Origin: a virus
Strand: one strand, 5' to 3'
Length of the DNA stretch: 64,000 nucleotides
Virus record (IMG/VR): IMGVR_UViG_3300035703_000083
Coordinates: 2,487 to 66,486 of that record
The position numbers and the translations under genes were made by a program. Below, one piece after another: positions 52,601-63,161 of this stretch. The notes beneath the pieces were generated by a model that did not search any database, had not been told where the DNA came from, and was given only the letters and a program-made list of their open reading frames with translations. Within the stretch, counting starts at the first letter, position 1, and every line of letters begins with the position of its first letter.

Positions 52601-54217
52601 ATTGATGGCATGGCGGAACTAGATCGCCTGAAAAAATCTTTGGATGATATTGCTGGGTTCAGTTCCAAGGAATACAAGAAACAGGTTCAAGGGCTGAGTC
52701 GAGAGGAGGTCAATAGCCGAATCATTGTTAATCGCCGCGCACAGGCTCAAGCGCAAAAAGAATTAAAGCAATTCACTGGTCCAGTGGGCACGGCAAGAGG
52801 GCTCGTTACTGGCAGAGATGAAGAGTTGCGAGCTCGACTCGTCCAATATCAAATCCAAGAAGCCGTGCTACGTGGCGCTAGAGGCAACAAAACACAAGAG
52901 CAACTGACGCAATCGCGGATAGGCGGTCAAATGACACCAATCACAGGAGGTGGTGATGGTGGAGCCGGAGGCAAAGGCAAAGGCGCTGCCGATAAAGCCG
53001 CAAAGGTAGCGGAACGAGCCGCTCAGGAGCGTCGCGAACTTGACGCAAGACTTGAGCAACTGCGCGAGCAGTTGAGGATCGAAGGCGAATCCTTGGAAAC
53101 TCAGCAAGCAATTTCTGCAGCCCGCGCAGATGGCAACGAAAAATTAGCTGCTTTCCTGCAAACTCAAGAAAAGTTTTATGAAATTGACGAGAAAGCTGCA
53201 AAGCTGCAAAGAGAATTCGCTGCTGGAAAAATTAAGCAAGCTGAGCTTACTCTCGGTCAGCAACTGTTGGCTATTGAACGGAAGAAAGTGGAAATTACCG
53301 AAGAGGAGCGGCTAAACGCAGTTCTTCGTGAGAGATATGGCATCACGAATGAAGTGATGGATGCAGCTAGAAAAGCCCGCGAAAACGCTTTTGGCCTGAA
53401 CCTAGGAGGAGCTGCCGGTTTTAGGACTGATATCAATCTTGATCCGGGTCAAAAATCGACGCTAGATGACATGCGCCAGCGTTTTGACGATCTTATTAAA
53501 ACTGAAAACCAAGTAAAGCTTGGAGCTGAAGCTATTGGCAATGCTTTTGGTCAGGCGTTCAAAGATATTGCATCTGGCTCGATGACTGCACAAGAGGCTC
53601 TTGCCAGCATGATGCAGAGCATTGCTAGTCATTTCCTGGAGATGGCCGCACAGATTATTGCTCAGCAGATGACGATGATCATTTTCGGCACCATCATGAA
53701 AGCCTTGGGTATTGGGGGAGGCGGCGGCGGAGGCTTTAGCTCTGCATTTGGAGGCGGTGGGCCACAGTTCAATCCGGGGGCATTCAGCATGCCCCAGCTC
53801 GCAGCAGAAGGCGCTTACTGGCAAGGGGGCTTCAAAGCGTTTGCCGATGGTGGCGTTGTCAACGGTCCTACTCTTGGGCTTGTTGGAGAAGGGGGCGAGT
53901 CGGAATACATTATTCCCGCCAGTAAAATGCAAGGTGCGATGGCTCGTTACAACGCTGGTGCTCGCGGAGCTGCTGTCATCCCAGCAGGAGGAGGTGGCGA
54001 TGGAGGGGGAATGGGCGGCGCTTCCCTTGGCTCTCCCCTTACCATTGACCTTCGTTACAGCGTGGAGCGCATCAATAGCGTGGACTACGTTACCGCCGAC
54101 CAGTTCGAGCGCGGCATGGCTAGGGCTGCTCAGCAAGGCGCCAAACAAGGCGAACAGCTTACGCTTCGTCGCCTACAGCAATCACGCTCCACCCGTGGCC
54201 GCCTTGGGATGAACTAA
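49697..54217 (+). CDS. Tape measure protein
   Basis: 1506 aa; AFSQMASKGQVMSEELKGQLGD tape-measure domain; C-terminal FADGGVV.GPT..LVGEGG.SEYIIP. Confidence 0.93.
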   Translation: MAQDAQLLLKVGLDLTAFRNSLATLGQAATGYNLPIKVKFDRGAIKREISNLQRSIGRQKFNVELNIVGGLTKDQFEKIQSRLDTLSKIKAVEIPVSVRAATSQKEIQKVVADLNRSIKGSKILSNTGGKLRAPVSIRAAITQTDIVGFKREVENKLSGIKVKVGVEAQAGAVAGEKTQRPGFEAARRQVATLGVEQLRASAFKRLGEESRSAQQVSTWLDTIVTQGLKGPAKTQQLNAVRDFLANALAESASRGIEARMMPLRGQSRISAPRSASNINTILDPIAGLTKNPRAARRMLRMLPEERITTDLLGLASRQASYLEQVPSARGMQRDTKGFDPLLKAISEQFTSYTRSLNPSNPWIGKIGDGLKNITQVASVAAAQKALPPIGGTTSRINQSLFPVSGMMGPSSQLPPRGSMTVESFGNIRALGGRFPSARMLEVGGPPAMAQHMGGMMAGYQTRAGAMGGYNPGVRSSAFFPMEGMLAPSSPLGRITAQSSMFGPSGPFGPGNRPPGGSYPGGGGGGGGMFGGIPNISLPGSGAIRELGQEFAFATKQVLLFGQAYKLLAFIQNFPAQVGQAVGQLQSFRNTLNAISPSAAEAAKSNAFILSIVDKYNVPLQSARDGFTKLYASMAPAGFRGDEIRGLFESISMGAATFGMSADKVDRVIYAFSQMASKGQVMSEELKGQLGDVLPGAMALFAQAAGFEGPAAISKFSAALEDGAFKGENMVKLLKNVQVVMAREFGPGAEGAALTFQGGINRMQNSLTQLYEAFEPVAVGFMNEVVKPLTDGIRVAADGFTAFFQGVAARTPQGAAFAQELAKLGPSLEGIGSNLRGLLPTFELFGNILLNVGKLLLAIAGNPVTGFLLKVYANVLLVNTVFSLLGGKILVGLISSISASIARFIALNVQVGLLQKTTAVANSNLAGTQVQMALLTRNAAAAVGPVSMLKTALMGLARIGLIAIAIQVAIDGMAELDRLKKSLDDIAGFSSKEYKKQVQGLSREEVNSRIIVNRRAQAQAQKELKQFTGPVGTARGLVTGRDEELRARLVQYQIQEAVLRGARGNKTQEQLTQSRIGGQMTPITGGGDGGAGGKGKGAADKAAKVAERAAQERRELDARLEQLREQLRIEGESLETQQAISAARADGNEKLAAFLQTQEKFYEIDEKAAKLQREFAAGKIKQAELTLGQQLLAIERKKVEITEEERLNAVLRERYGITNEVMDAARKARENAFGLNLGGAAGFRTDINLDPGQKSTLDDMRQRFDDLIKTENQVKLGAEAIGNAFGQAFKDIASGSMTAQEALASMMQSIASHFLEMAAQIIAQQMTMIIFGTIMKALGIGGGGGGGFSSAFGGGGPQFNPGAFSMPQLAAEGAYWQGGFKAFADGGVVNGPTLGLVGEGGESEYIIPASKMQGAMARYNAGARGAAVIPAGGGGDGGGMGGASLGSPLTIDLRYSVERINSVDYVTADQFERGMARAAQQGAKQGEQLTLRRLQQSRSTRGRLGMN

Positions 54218-54705
54218 TGGACGCTAGTTTCCGCCCCGACATTGCCGTTGGCCACATGCTGACGCTTAAGCCTCGTACTGCCGATGCATCGCCTTTGTAC
54301 TTTCAGAATTTTTTCATCAACCAAGACATGCCCTACCAAGGCAACGTACACGGCTTTTTGCCTTTCGGCTTTAGCGGTGTAACCGTCAATCGCAGCGGCG
54401 ATAATCAGTCCACGCAATTAGCGTTGCCAAACAATTCAATCAGCAGGAGTTGGGCTTCGACAATCGTTGAAGGCAACTGGGTGGCACTGGTGGACATGCT
54501 GATGCTTAACCCAGCCGATAACACTGACTATCGATTGCTTTCATCTTATGCCGGACAGATCACCGGCGCTTTGTGGGGCGAAACAGATTTGCGCCTTGAA
54601 ATTTCTTCGGTCTTGGATGCCGTTGGCGGAGACGTACCCCGGCGCCGTATTACCGAGGACGTATTTGGTCCGTTGCCCACGACGGCCAATGTGCGACTGT
54701 CTTGA
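54217..54705 (+). CDS. Minor tail protein (gpL/DUF1833-like)
   Basis: FLPFGFSG...SSVLDAVG.DVP.R. Confidence 0.7.
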   Translation: MDASFRPDIAVGHMLTLKPRTADASPLYFQNFFINQDMPYQGNVHGFLPFGFSGVTVNRSGDNQSTQLALPNNSISRSWASTIVEGNWVALVDMLMLNPADNTDYRLLSSYAGQITGALWGETDLRLEISSVLDAVGGDVPRRRITEDVFGPLPTTANVRLS

Positions 54706-55079
54706 TGTACGACTTGATCGGAAAGCCTTACCGTCCGGGTTCTGACGGCAGTGACGGCTATTTTGATTGCATTCATCTTGTCTATACGGTGCTGCAACGC
54801 TTAGACATTCCTCATCCATTGTTTAATCCTGCTTGGTACGATTGCGACTGGCGTGTTGTCCTGAAAGCTTTGCGTGAATGGGGCACTCGAACCTTGGAAC
54901 CAAGTTATGATGGGGATGTGGTTTTACTATCACGCAATAAGTTTGTCTTCGGGGTGGTTTGGCAGAGCGGCATCCTCTACATCAACGACCCACTGGAAAC
55001 AGTGACCTGGAACGCAATTCCGGCGTTCCAAATTTGCCGCGCTTACAGGCACGCCTCCTGCCTTTCGAGCGGCAACTGA
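54705..55079 (+). CDS. NlpC/P60-like tail protein
   Basis: LIGKPY..G.D....FDCI.LV...GDVVL. Confidence 0.7.
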   Translation: MYDLIGKPYRPGSDGSDGYFDCIHLVYTVLQRLDIPHPLFNPAWYDCDWRVVLKALREWGTRTLEPSYDGDVVLLSRNKFVFGVVWQSGILYINDPLETVTWNAIPAFQICRAYRHASCLSSGN

Positions 55080-58000
55080 TCGCTGAGCTTGGCTGCACAG
55101 AAGAAGAATATTTGGAGTTTAAGCGGCAAGTCGAATGGTTAAGCCGCGAACGCCCAGCGGCTTACGACGGCGTACCGGACGTTAGGAACGAACCAACTGC
55201 AATTATTCTGTTTGTCGTTGGCTTGGTCCTGCAAGCGGCGTCATATTTCCTGACCCCCAAGCCGAGTCAAGCGCCGCAAAGACAGATTACAAATAGAGCC
55301 TTAGATGGCATTGCAGGGCGCGATCGCTTTGCTCCGACATACGGCTTTCAAGTGGCTCAAGAGCTTAGCCGCTACGGTGAAACTATCCCCATCGTTTTCA
55401 CTCAACAAAAACTTGTTCAGCTCAACGTCAATGGCGTAGTAGATCGCTACTACGTTGGCGGAATAATGATCAGCCCCAAGCTGGTCTGGTCTCGCATGTA
55501 TAGCTGGGGAAGCTATCAAAGCCTTGAGATGGTCTTTCTTGCTGGTCAGTCCCCGATGGGGCGCGGACCTTATGGCACGGACCAAGAAAAAGCCGAGGAC
55601 AGAGCAGGCATCTATATTGGCCAGCTCCCGCTTGATGCTTTTAACGAGCAAGATTATCGCTGGTATTACCACCAAGGAGCCACTCCAAACCCCGGTCGCA
55701 ATGACTACTCCACGCGCCCTGGAAGCATCCGCCCTACAACTAGCAGTCGCCTACTGGGACAGGACAATCGCTACGGAGTTTTCTGGATTGGGGACGAACA
55801 AAACCAGAACGCCTTCAGGGCCCAGAGTTTTGGTGGACTTACAGGCGAGGCCTTCTGCCATGCCTTCTCCCCCAGCAGTCAAGCGCAATTTGGTGCGTAC
55901 AACGCTCTGCCCAATGGAACAGCGTATCGTTTGAATTTTGAAATCATCTCCATTCCAGATGCGCTCAGTGAAAGCAGCAAGAAGTCAGCAGTCGCCAAGC
56001 GTTTTCAAATTTCGGGCAATCCATTCCTCGATGGATCAGGGCGTAACTACGCCAGACAGTTCGGGATTGTTGCATACAACGGCAATGAATATCCAGCGCC
56101 CAACCAAAGCAATGGCACAAAAATCACAGGAGTGGAGGTAGGTGATACGGTTACAATTATATACAACGCAGGGAGAGTACAAGAGCAGCTTTATTACAAC
56201 ACAAATCACCCCAATCTTTCCGACCGCATAACATCTCAGCTCACATTTCTCTACCCCAGTGAAGACACTGTAGACAATAAACAAATTATCACCTCCATCC
56301 AAACGGAGCACGAACAGCAGGATGAGCTGCTAAAGCTTGGTACCAAATGGATGATCGGCAACTGTCTTTTTCAGGTGGAAAGACGCACGCCAGACGATGA
56401 AGTGTTCGATAAAAGTGACACAAGGGAATACAGCGTAATCTTGAAATGCATCGCTGTTTATGGCGACGGAGGGCCGGGCATAATTGGTGTGTGCGACAGA
56501 GGGCTTCTTACAACGAGCACTAATCTTCCCGAAGGAAACAATGGTCCGCTGTACGACATTGGCCAGGCGTGGTTTCCTATCTGCAAGGCGGAATTTGCGA
56601 CCATTCAGAATACTCGCCGTTGCGAAGTAACCGAGATCGGCATTAAGAGTAATGTCTGGTCCCGCTTCAACGGCATATGCAACTTTAATTCAGTTCCCAG
56701 TGCTGCAAAACTCAACGAGCTTGATTACAAAGATGTCAACTTGACTGCAGGCGTCATACAAGCATATGCAAGACGAGCATCCTTCTTCCATTTGTATGTA
56801 CGTCCAGCCAATAATGCGTACAAACCAGAGGAAGGGTGGGTCAAGCTAAATCCTTTCCCCATCTGCGTTGTAGGTTCGTCGCCTCAAGACCAGTACAATT
56901 TTCTCCGCATCGCTCAACCTTACGAACAGTTTGAATACAGACTGCGGCCTATTACGTCTGGAGAGCTTGTCCAGATTATCGGCAAACTGACCGAAGTAAA
57001 CATAGATGGCACCGTTGTCAAAGGACCCTGCATCCGCTTGAAGTCGGATGGAGCGACTAATCCAACGCCTTCCAAAACTTATCGCAACTCCAACATTGTT
57101 ACGCCTTACGGCACGTTCACGCTAGTCACTCGTGGCTTTGTTGACAGCATCGCTGACTTGTCTCAACACTCCGAAATGCTGGGTGATCCGTCGCTCTCAA
57201 CAAATGAGCAGACGGCTAACGTACAGGCGACTGGAGTGCGCTTCGTGCGTGCCGTCATGCAGGACACCGGCCTCGACGCAACCATCCGGGAAATCAGCAA
57301 CGGCATCACTCGTGCCATCGGCAAGGATCCAGACCCCAGAACCAACGAAGTGCCAAATGTTCCGCACTTTGCCGTACGTGTTGGTTCCGAATATATTTTC
57401 AACAATGCCGATTCCAATAATTTCGACTACAACGATGGAGTGAAAAGAGTATCACTGAGGTTGCGGCTGCGCGTAGAAAACCTCGGACCATTAAGTCCTA
57501 CAGCCACACGTACTATTTTCTGGACCATCGTCAACCCCGATTCCATAGGCGCCAACTTTGGCTTTTTCGGTGTCGGCAATAACTGGCGCGTTGGCGAACA
57601 ATTTACAATCACCAGTCAATTACTGCCGCAGCAAGCTGGCATCGCGCCTCGTTTTATCAATTACATTTTTGAGACAACAGGGCCGACCAATGCGGCCAAC
57701 AAAGCAAGTCTTACAACTGGCACTCGCAGCTTCGAGGGAAACACCGGCATCGCGGAAGTATCTCACTACAACAATCTGATCAGCCGCAGTTGCGACAATG
57801 GCCCCGAGCACGAAATCACCTATGTCAATGAAAACTTAGCCAATGACCCAGTTAGGAATGGCACAGCATCGTACTTGGGCTGCGCCATGGCTGGCATTAA
57901 AATCCGCAGCAGCATCAACATCAACAGCTTTGAACAACTGCATATCTATCAAAAAACGGGCATCCAAGTAGCGAATTTGCGCGAATTGCCTGATGGCACA

Positions 58001-59053
58001 ATTTCCGAAACCATTGGACCCTCCAGCGTATTTACTGACCTCGCGTACTATCTACTTACCAGTGTTCATACGGGAGCAGGAGAGCTTGTTAGTGCCGATC
58101 TAATAGACAAGCAACAATTTGCTCGCACAGGCTCCTTCCTGGAAGCCAACAATTTGTATTACGACGACGTAATTGTAGAACCTCAAAATCTACGCGAATT
58201 TTTAGCTCGCATTGCCACGTCGCTACTTTGTAATCTTGTCATGCGTGGCGGCAAGTTTTCTATCGAACCAGCGCTTCCGATTGACACCAACCGCAACTAC
58301 ACCTTTGAAGACGTAAAGGTGCCGATCAGTGGCATTTTTACCGAAGGAAACATCATTGAAGATTCTTTCCAGCTTGAATACATTCCCGCGCAAGAGCGCC
58401 TTCCGATTCGCGCAGGAGTGCGTTACCGAACAGAGCTTCCCAACAGGTTCCCCCAGGAGCAAACAACCGTTGTCTACTACGCAGACCAGCCCAATGGAGC
58501 GCTAGAGGAGTTCAATTTTACACATATCACCAGTCGCTATCACGCGGAACTGCTGGCCAAATTCATACTAAGCTCGCGCCGCTACCGCACTCATGTGGCT
58601 ACGTTCCAGACACTGCCCTATGGCTTGGCACTAGCCCCCGGAGACTTTATTCGTATTGTCACGGAGTCCGGCCATGTGTCACCTGGAGCGTCCGGCATTA
58701 TTAAAACTAATGGCGTCATTGTCACACCGACTGCGCTCACCAACGGCCAGACGTTGACGGTGTATTTCTGGGACAAGAGTGGCAACCAAGTGAACGAAGA
58801 GACGATTACGGTTTCTGAAGTCAATGGCGTATTTTATGCGGACAAATTGTTCGGCTCCATATTTTCCATCAAAAACTCTGTTTCACAGTCGCTGGTTTAC
58901 ATGGTTGACGCCTTAGATCTGGGGGACGATGGTTTGGTACAAGTTACGGCCAGTTATTTCCCCATTGATGAAAATGGCTATAGCATCATTGCTAACGAGC
59001 TAAAGCCTTCTTATAATGGTTTCATTACCGTGGCTGATTTGTCTCCAGACTGA
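54959..59053 (+). CDS. Tail tip / host-specificity protein (gpJ-like)
   Basis: 1364 aa; YGETIPIVF, SCDNGPEHEITYVNE, F.DLAYYLL, FTEGNII, LAPGDFIR; start uncertain. Confidence 0.85.
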   Translation: MAERHPLHQRPTGNSDLERNSGVPNLPRLQARLLPFERQLIAELGCTEEEYLEFKRQVEWLSRERPAAYDGVPDVRNEPTAIILFVVGLVLQAASYFLTPKPSQAPQRQITNRALDGIAGRDRFAPTYGFQVAQELSRYGETIPIVFTQQKLVQLNVNGVVDRYYVGGIMISPKLVWSRMYSWGSYQSLEMVFLAGQSPMGRGPYGTDQEKAEDRAGIYIGQLPLDAFNEQDYRWYYHQGATPNPGRNDYSTRPGSIRPTTSSRLLGQDNRYGVFWIGDEQNQNAFRAQSFGGLTGEAFCHAFSPSSQAQFGAYNALPNGTAYRLNFEIISIPDALSESSKKSAVAKRFQISGNPFLDGSGRNYARQFGIVAYNGNEYPAPNQSNGTKITGVEVGDTVTIIYNAGRVQEQLYYNTNHPNLSDRITSQLTFLYPSEDTVDNKQIITSIQTEHEQQDELLKLGTKWMIGNCLFQVERRTPDDEVFDKSDTREYSVILKCIAVYGDGGPGIIGVCDRGLLTTSTNLPEGNNGPLYDIGQAWFPICKAEFATIQNTRRCEVTEIGIKSNVWSRFNGICNFNSVPSAAKLNELDYKDVNLTAGVIQAYARRASFFHLYVRPANNAYKPEEGWVKLNPFPICVVGSSPQDQYNFLRIAQPYEQFEYRLRPITSGELVQIIGKLTEVNIDGTVVKGPCIRLKSDGATNPTPSKTYRNSNIVTPYGTFTLVTRGFVDSIADLSQHSEMLGDPSLSTNEQTANVQATGVRFVRAVMQDTGLDATIREISNGITRAIGKDPDPRTNEVPNVPHFAVRVGSEYIFNNADSNNFDYNDGVKRVSLRLRLRVENLGPLSPTATRTIFWTIVNPDSIGANFGFFGVGNNWRVGEQFTITSQLLPQQAGIAPRFINYIFETTGPTNAANKASLTTGTRSFEGNTGIAEVSHYNNLISRSCDNGPEHEITYVNENLANDPVRNGTASYLGCAMAGIKIRSSININSFEQLHIYQKTGIQVANLRELPDGTISETIGPSSVFTDLAYYLLTSVHTGAGELVSADLIDKQQFARTGSFLEANNLYYDDVIVEPQNLREFLARIATSLLCNLVMRGGKFSIEPALPIDTNRNYTFEDVKVPISGIFTEGNIIEDSFQLEYIPAQERLPIRAGVRYRTELPNRFPQEQTTVVYYADQPNGALEEFNFTHITSRYHAELLAKFILSSRRYRTHVATFQTLPYGLALAPGDFIRIVTESGHVSPGASGIIKTNGVIVTPTALTNGQTLTVYFWDKSGNQVNEETITVSEVNGVFYADKLFGSIFSIKNSVSQSLVYMVDALDLGDDGLVQVTASYFPIDENGYSIIANELKPSYNGFITVADLSPD

Positions 59054-59445
59054 TGGCATTTCCCACGATCAAACCAACGAGTCGAAATTTTAATGCAGGC
59101 GATTGGCCTGTTAAGATTTTTCGCACGCAAGCGGGCACAGAGTCTCGTATTTTGTATGGAAATCAGCGCTCTGGGCAGACGCTAGAGTTATCCTATCAAA
59201 ATATCACTGACGCCACGGCGGAACTATTTTTAGACCATTACAATGAAGTGCGTGGCACTTACGGCACTTTTGGCCTTGGCGATATTGCTGCAGGTCAAGG
59301 TGCGCGATCTGGATGGAGCGGCAATTACGATGCCCTGGGAGCTGGAGCAAGTGGTGCAAGTTATCGCTACGAAGAGCCACCAAGAGTAGAGGCGGTCAAG
59401 CCTGGAATCAGCAATGTGTCTATTAAGTTAATCGCGGTGCTTTAG
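59053..59445 (+). CDS. Distal tail protein (Dit/gpM-like)
   Basis: FP...P.SR....G.W, L.LSY.NI, HY....GT..TF, YRY..PP. Confidence 0.7.
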   Translation: MAFPTIKPTSRNFNAGDWPVKIFRTQAGTESRILYGNQRSGQTLELSYQNITDATAELFLDHYNEVRGTYGTFGLGDIAAGQGARSGWSGNYDALGAGASGASYRYEEPPRVEAVKPGISNVSIKLIAVL

Positions 59446-59454
59446 ACTTAAGCC

Positions 59455-59877
59455 ATGTCAAAGGTTTACACGGGCAAAGATGGCATTCTCCGCGTCGGAG
59501 ACGTGGATCAGCTCAAGGTGACCACTTGGTCGCTACAGGCCGAAGTGGATATGCTTGAAACCACCACACTGGCGGACGACGACCGCAGCTATGTGCCTGG
59601 CGTGCGAAGCTTCAGTGGGAGCGCCACTTTGCTTTACTACCAAGACAGTGCGTCCAGGAATGATGCGGCCACGCTAATTAAAACCGTGGCAACTACCGGC
59701 ACTCAATCCACCACCCCCATCGCCCTCACCCTTCGCCTGCGTGACGGCTCCAGCTTCAAAGACATCAAGCTAAACGCTTTTGTTGGCAGCGCCAGCTATG
59801 GAGCGAATGTTGGGGAAGTTGTGAACGCCCAGATTAGTTTCCGTGGCACTGGTGCGTTGACAACGGTGACGATCTAA
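59455..59877 (+). CDS. Tail-tube-like protein
   Basis: YTGKDG.L, WSL....D.LETT.L.D..RSY..G..S.SGS, V.A.ISF.G.G. Confidence 0.7.
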   Translation: MSKVYTGKDGILRVGDVDQLKVTTWSLQAEVDMLETTTLADDDRSYVPGVRSFSGSATLLYYQDSASRNDAATLIKTVATTGTQSTTPIALTLRLRDGSSFKDIKLNAFVGSASYGANVGEVVNAQISFRGTGALTTVTI

Positions 59878-60773
59878 TGTCTACCTACCTCGGTGTCTAT
59901 GGTCGCATCAGTCTTCGACGTAAAAGCAGCGAGGGCGAAAAATATTCGACGATCAATCCATCGGATGTCAATACGAGCAGGCGCAGGTTCAGTTTTGATT
60001 TCGACCGAGGTTTTCTAATCACTGGCGATCAAATTGAAATCACCAGTACCAATGGGGCCGTGCTGGCTTTTGTGAGCACTTCCGGCTGGGCTAACGGCGT
60101 CAAGCAAAGCAGTGGCAAGTGGTTCGTCAATGTGGACCAACTCGGCGGTGTCAGGCTTTACGAAACTTTCGCAAATGCCCTTCTAGGAGAATTTGCAAAT
60201 GCCATTCCTCTTTCCTCCATTGCTTCTAATATTCCCATTCGCGTGGTGATTAACAATACTCAGCAAAGGATCTTGGGTAGCGTCACTAGCTACGAACTCA
60301 ACACCAACCGCGAAGCTATTGACACCACGGCATTGTCCGACGAATTTAGAAGTCAATATGCGAGCTTGATGAGCGGCTCTGGGCGCATTAGTTGTCATTG
60401 GGACTACGTGGACGAAGTGGGCGGAGGCGATTACGAAGCAGCTAATTATTTGCTACAACTCATTCTCCGCACGGAAGTGGGCAGCGAATTTGAAGCGGAG
60501 CTTGACATTAAAACCAAAGACTACAATCCATCGCCTAATGCGGCGTACGAAGGAGATCGCATATATTACAAAATCAACGCCATTATCACAAACGCCGCAA
60601 TTGCTTTTCAGCCAACTACAATAGTAGAAATGACGGCGGATTTTGTTACCACCGATCGAATTCAACTGCTGGCCTCCGTTGACCAAGGAAGTTACTTGTT
60701 GCAGGAGGGTGGCAGTAAAATTGAGCTGGAACAAGATGCAAACTCTTACCTGCTTTTAGAACAAGAGGATTAG
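59877..60773 (+). CDS. Structural protein with a tail-tube-like C-terminal domain
   Basis: V.SYELNT.RE.IDTT.L.DEFR.QY..L.SGSG. Confidence 0.7.
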   Translation: MSTYLGVYGRISLRRKSSEGEKYSTINPSDVNTSRRRFSFDFDRGFLITGDQIEITSTNGAVLAFVSTSGWANGVKQSSGKWFVNVDQLGGVRLYETFANALLGEFANAIPLSSIASNIPIRVVINNTQQRILGSVTSYELNTNREAIDTTALSDEFRSQYASLMSGSGRISCHWDYVDEVGGGDYEAANYLLQLILRTEVGSEFEAELDIKTKDYNPSPNAAYEGDRIYYKINAIITNAAIAFQPTTIVEMTADFVTTDRIQLLASVDQGSYLLQEGGSKIELEQDANSYLLLEQED

Positions 60774-60776
60774 TCT

Positions 60777-63161
60777 GTGGCCGATCTTAAAATCACTGAG
60801 CTACAGGCGCTGGCGGGCGCCGATGTGGCTGCCGCTGACGAGCTGGCCATTGCGGACATCAGCGGTAGTGAAACCAAGAAGGTCACCGTCACCGACTTGA
60901 TTGGCTTCGGCTCTGCTCTCCTGGCGGATGCCACCATCCCTAGCGCCAAGATCAATTTTGCCGCCAACGCGATTGTTGCCGCGAGCTTGGCCAGCGATGC
61001 TGTTACTGCGGCCAAGATCAATGCCGACGCCGTAACCGCCGCCAAACTTGCAGACCAAAGCACCTGCATCGTTGCTGGTAGCAAAGCAGCCCTCGACGCA
61101 ATCACAGGCGACTTCGTCGGTCAACTGGGCCTTGCCACCGACAACTTAAAGCTATACGTCTGGCAAAACAGTCTCTGGCAGGCGGCCAAAGCGGCTGGCT
61201 CGGTCAACACGATTGTTGGCGACACTGCTGGCATTGTCAATGTCGAAGCAGCCGCCAGCAACGATACGGTTACGTTGACCGTCAGCATCGACAACACCGG
61301 TGCGGCGGGACAGTTTCTCGCTGGACCGACCGGCGCTGCTGGTGCGGTGTCGTATCGCACGATCGCTGGAGCAGACTTACCGACGGCTACCACTTCTGCC
61401 AAGGGCGGCGTTATTGTCAACGGCGGCGGTCTGACTATTAGTGGCAGCACCGTTCAAATTGACAATAGCGTCACTCCAGTAACCAACGAACTGCGTAAGG
61501 TCAGCTACAACGCGCAGGGACTTATTACTGCCACCACTGCTGTAACAGGAGGAGATCTTCCAGTTGCAACAAGCTCTATCCCTGGAGCGGTTCGCCCCGG
61601 CACAGGCCTGGGCGTAGATGTCAATGGCGTATTAGATCACAGCAACACTGTCACAGGTGCCACGCAAAATGGCGTCACCTATGACAACCAAGGGCACATC
61701 ACCAATGTGGTGGCCCTTGTCGCTAGCGACATCCCTGACCTTCCTGCCACCAAGCTCACCAGTGGCACATTAGATATTGCCCGTATCGGCAACAATGCCG
61801 TGACCGGCTCAAAGCTAGCCAACTACGCCATTACGAAAATTGGCGACACGCAGCCCACTGCCGATCAAATTGGCCAATTCTTCTTCAATCCACTCACCCG
61901 CGACCTCTTCCTTTGGGACGGCAACGTTTTCCAGCCCATTGGTATCTCCGTTGGTGAAATTGTTTTCGCTGGCACATTTGATGCATCTGCAGGCGGCGGC
62001 ACTGGCCTCGTAGCCAGCGTCACGGCAGAGGGCACCGCTATTGGCTTGACGGTTGGCTCTGCACTTCCCGCTGCCGCCACAGCCAACAATCGCTACTACT
62101 TGGTGGTCAGCGAGGCTGGCACTATTACGACCGGCAATGCGCCAAACGTTGCACTATCACCGCCGGACATCATTCTGTCCAATGGAAACGAATGGACGGA
62201 AGTGGATGTCAGCCAGACACTGACCAGCGTTTCAGCCAACCAAGTTAGCTTTACTCCTGTCGGCGCCATTGCCGCTACCAACGTACAAACTGCGCTCGAA
62301 GAAGTAGACACTGAAAAGCTAGCAAAAGCTGGTGGGACGATCACTGGTGAACTACTGATTGGCTCGGGCGGTACATTCGCCTTTGAAGGTTCCACTGATA
62401 ACACTTACGAAACTTATCTTGCAGCGGCAGATCCAACGGCTGATCGCACCATCACTTTTCCCAACCAAGACGGAAATGTGCTGGTATCAGGCAATGCGTC
62501 GATTGTTAATGCCGACATCAGCGCTTCTGCTGCCATTGCCTTTAGCAAGCTCGCTGCACTGACGAGCGCCCATCTACTAGTGGGAGACAGCAGCAACGTT
62601 GCCGCATCGGTGGCCGTAACCGGCGATGTGACCATTAGCAACACAGGCGTTACTGCCATTGCTTCTGGTGTGGTTGTCAATGCAGACATCAGCGCCACTG
62701 CCGAGATCGCCGTCAGCAAACTGGCCAACGGCACAGCCCGCCAGTTGCTCCAGACGGCCTCCAATGGCACGGATGTTGAGTGGACCAGCAACGTAGACGT
62801 GCCCGGCACGCTCGATGTGACAGGCATTGGTACTTTTGATGCCGCCACGCGGGGAGCCATCACTGCTCTTACCAGCGCCAGCACCGTCACACCTAACTTT
62901 GCCACCACTAACCACTTCTCGCTGACCCTGGGACATGCGGTGACCATCGCCAATCCCACCAACCTCACGGCAGGTCAATCTGGAGCGATTGTTATTACCC
63001 AGGGCGCATCTACTGCTTACACTGTTAGCTACGGTTCCAACTGGAAATTTAGCGGGGGCACGCCGACTATGAGCACTGGTCTTAGTAGCGTTTCGACGCT
63101 TGTTTACTACGTCGAAAGCGCCAGCCGCATCACTGCCCAACTGCTCACCAACGTCGCCTGA
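60777..63161 (+). CDS. Tail fiber protein
   Basis: MADLKITEL; repeated AVTAAKI/L; DLP.AT....G.V repeats; Ala/Thr/Gly rich. Confidence 0.85.
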   Translation: MADLKITELQALAGADVAAADELAIADISGSETKKVTVTDLIGFGSALLADATIPSAKINFAANAIVAASLASDAVTAAKINADAVTAAKLADQSTCIVAGSKAALDAITGDFVGQLGLATDNLKLYVWQNSLWQAAKAAGSVNTIVGDTAGIVNVEAAASNDTVTLTVSIDNTGAAGQFLAGPTGAAGAVSYRTIAGADLPTATTSAKGGVIVNGGGLTISGSTVQIDNSVTPVTNELRKVSYNAQGLITATTAVTGGDLPVATSSIPGAVRPGTGLGVDVNGVLDHSNTVTGATQNGVTYDNQGHITNVVALVASDIPDLPATKLTSGTLDIARIGNNAVTGSKLANYAITKIGDTQPTADQIGQFFFNPLTRDLFLWDGNVFQPIGISVGEIVFAGTFDASAGGGTGLVASVTAEGTAIGLTVGSALPAAATANNRYYLVVSEAGTITTGNAPNVALSPPDIILSNGNEWTEVDVSQTLTSVSANQVSFTPVGAIAATNVQTALEEVDTEKLAKAGGTITGELLIGSGGTFAFEGSTDNTYETYLAAADPTADRTITFPNQDGNVLVSGNASIVNADISASAAIAFSKLAALTSAHLLVGDSSNVAASVAVTGDVTISNTGVTAIASGVVVNADISATAEIAVSKLANGTARQLLQTASNGTDVEWTSNVDVPGTLDVTGIGTFDAATRGAITALTSASTVTPNFATTNHFSLTLGHAVTIANPTNLTAGQSGAIVITQGASTAYTVSYGSNWKFSGGTPTMSTGLSSVSTLVYYVESASRITAQLLTNVA

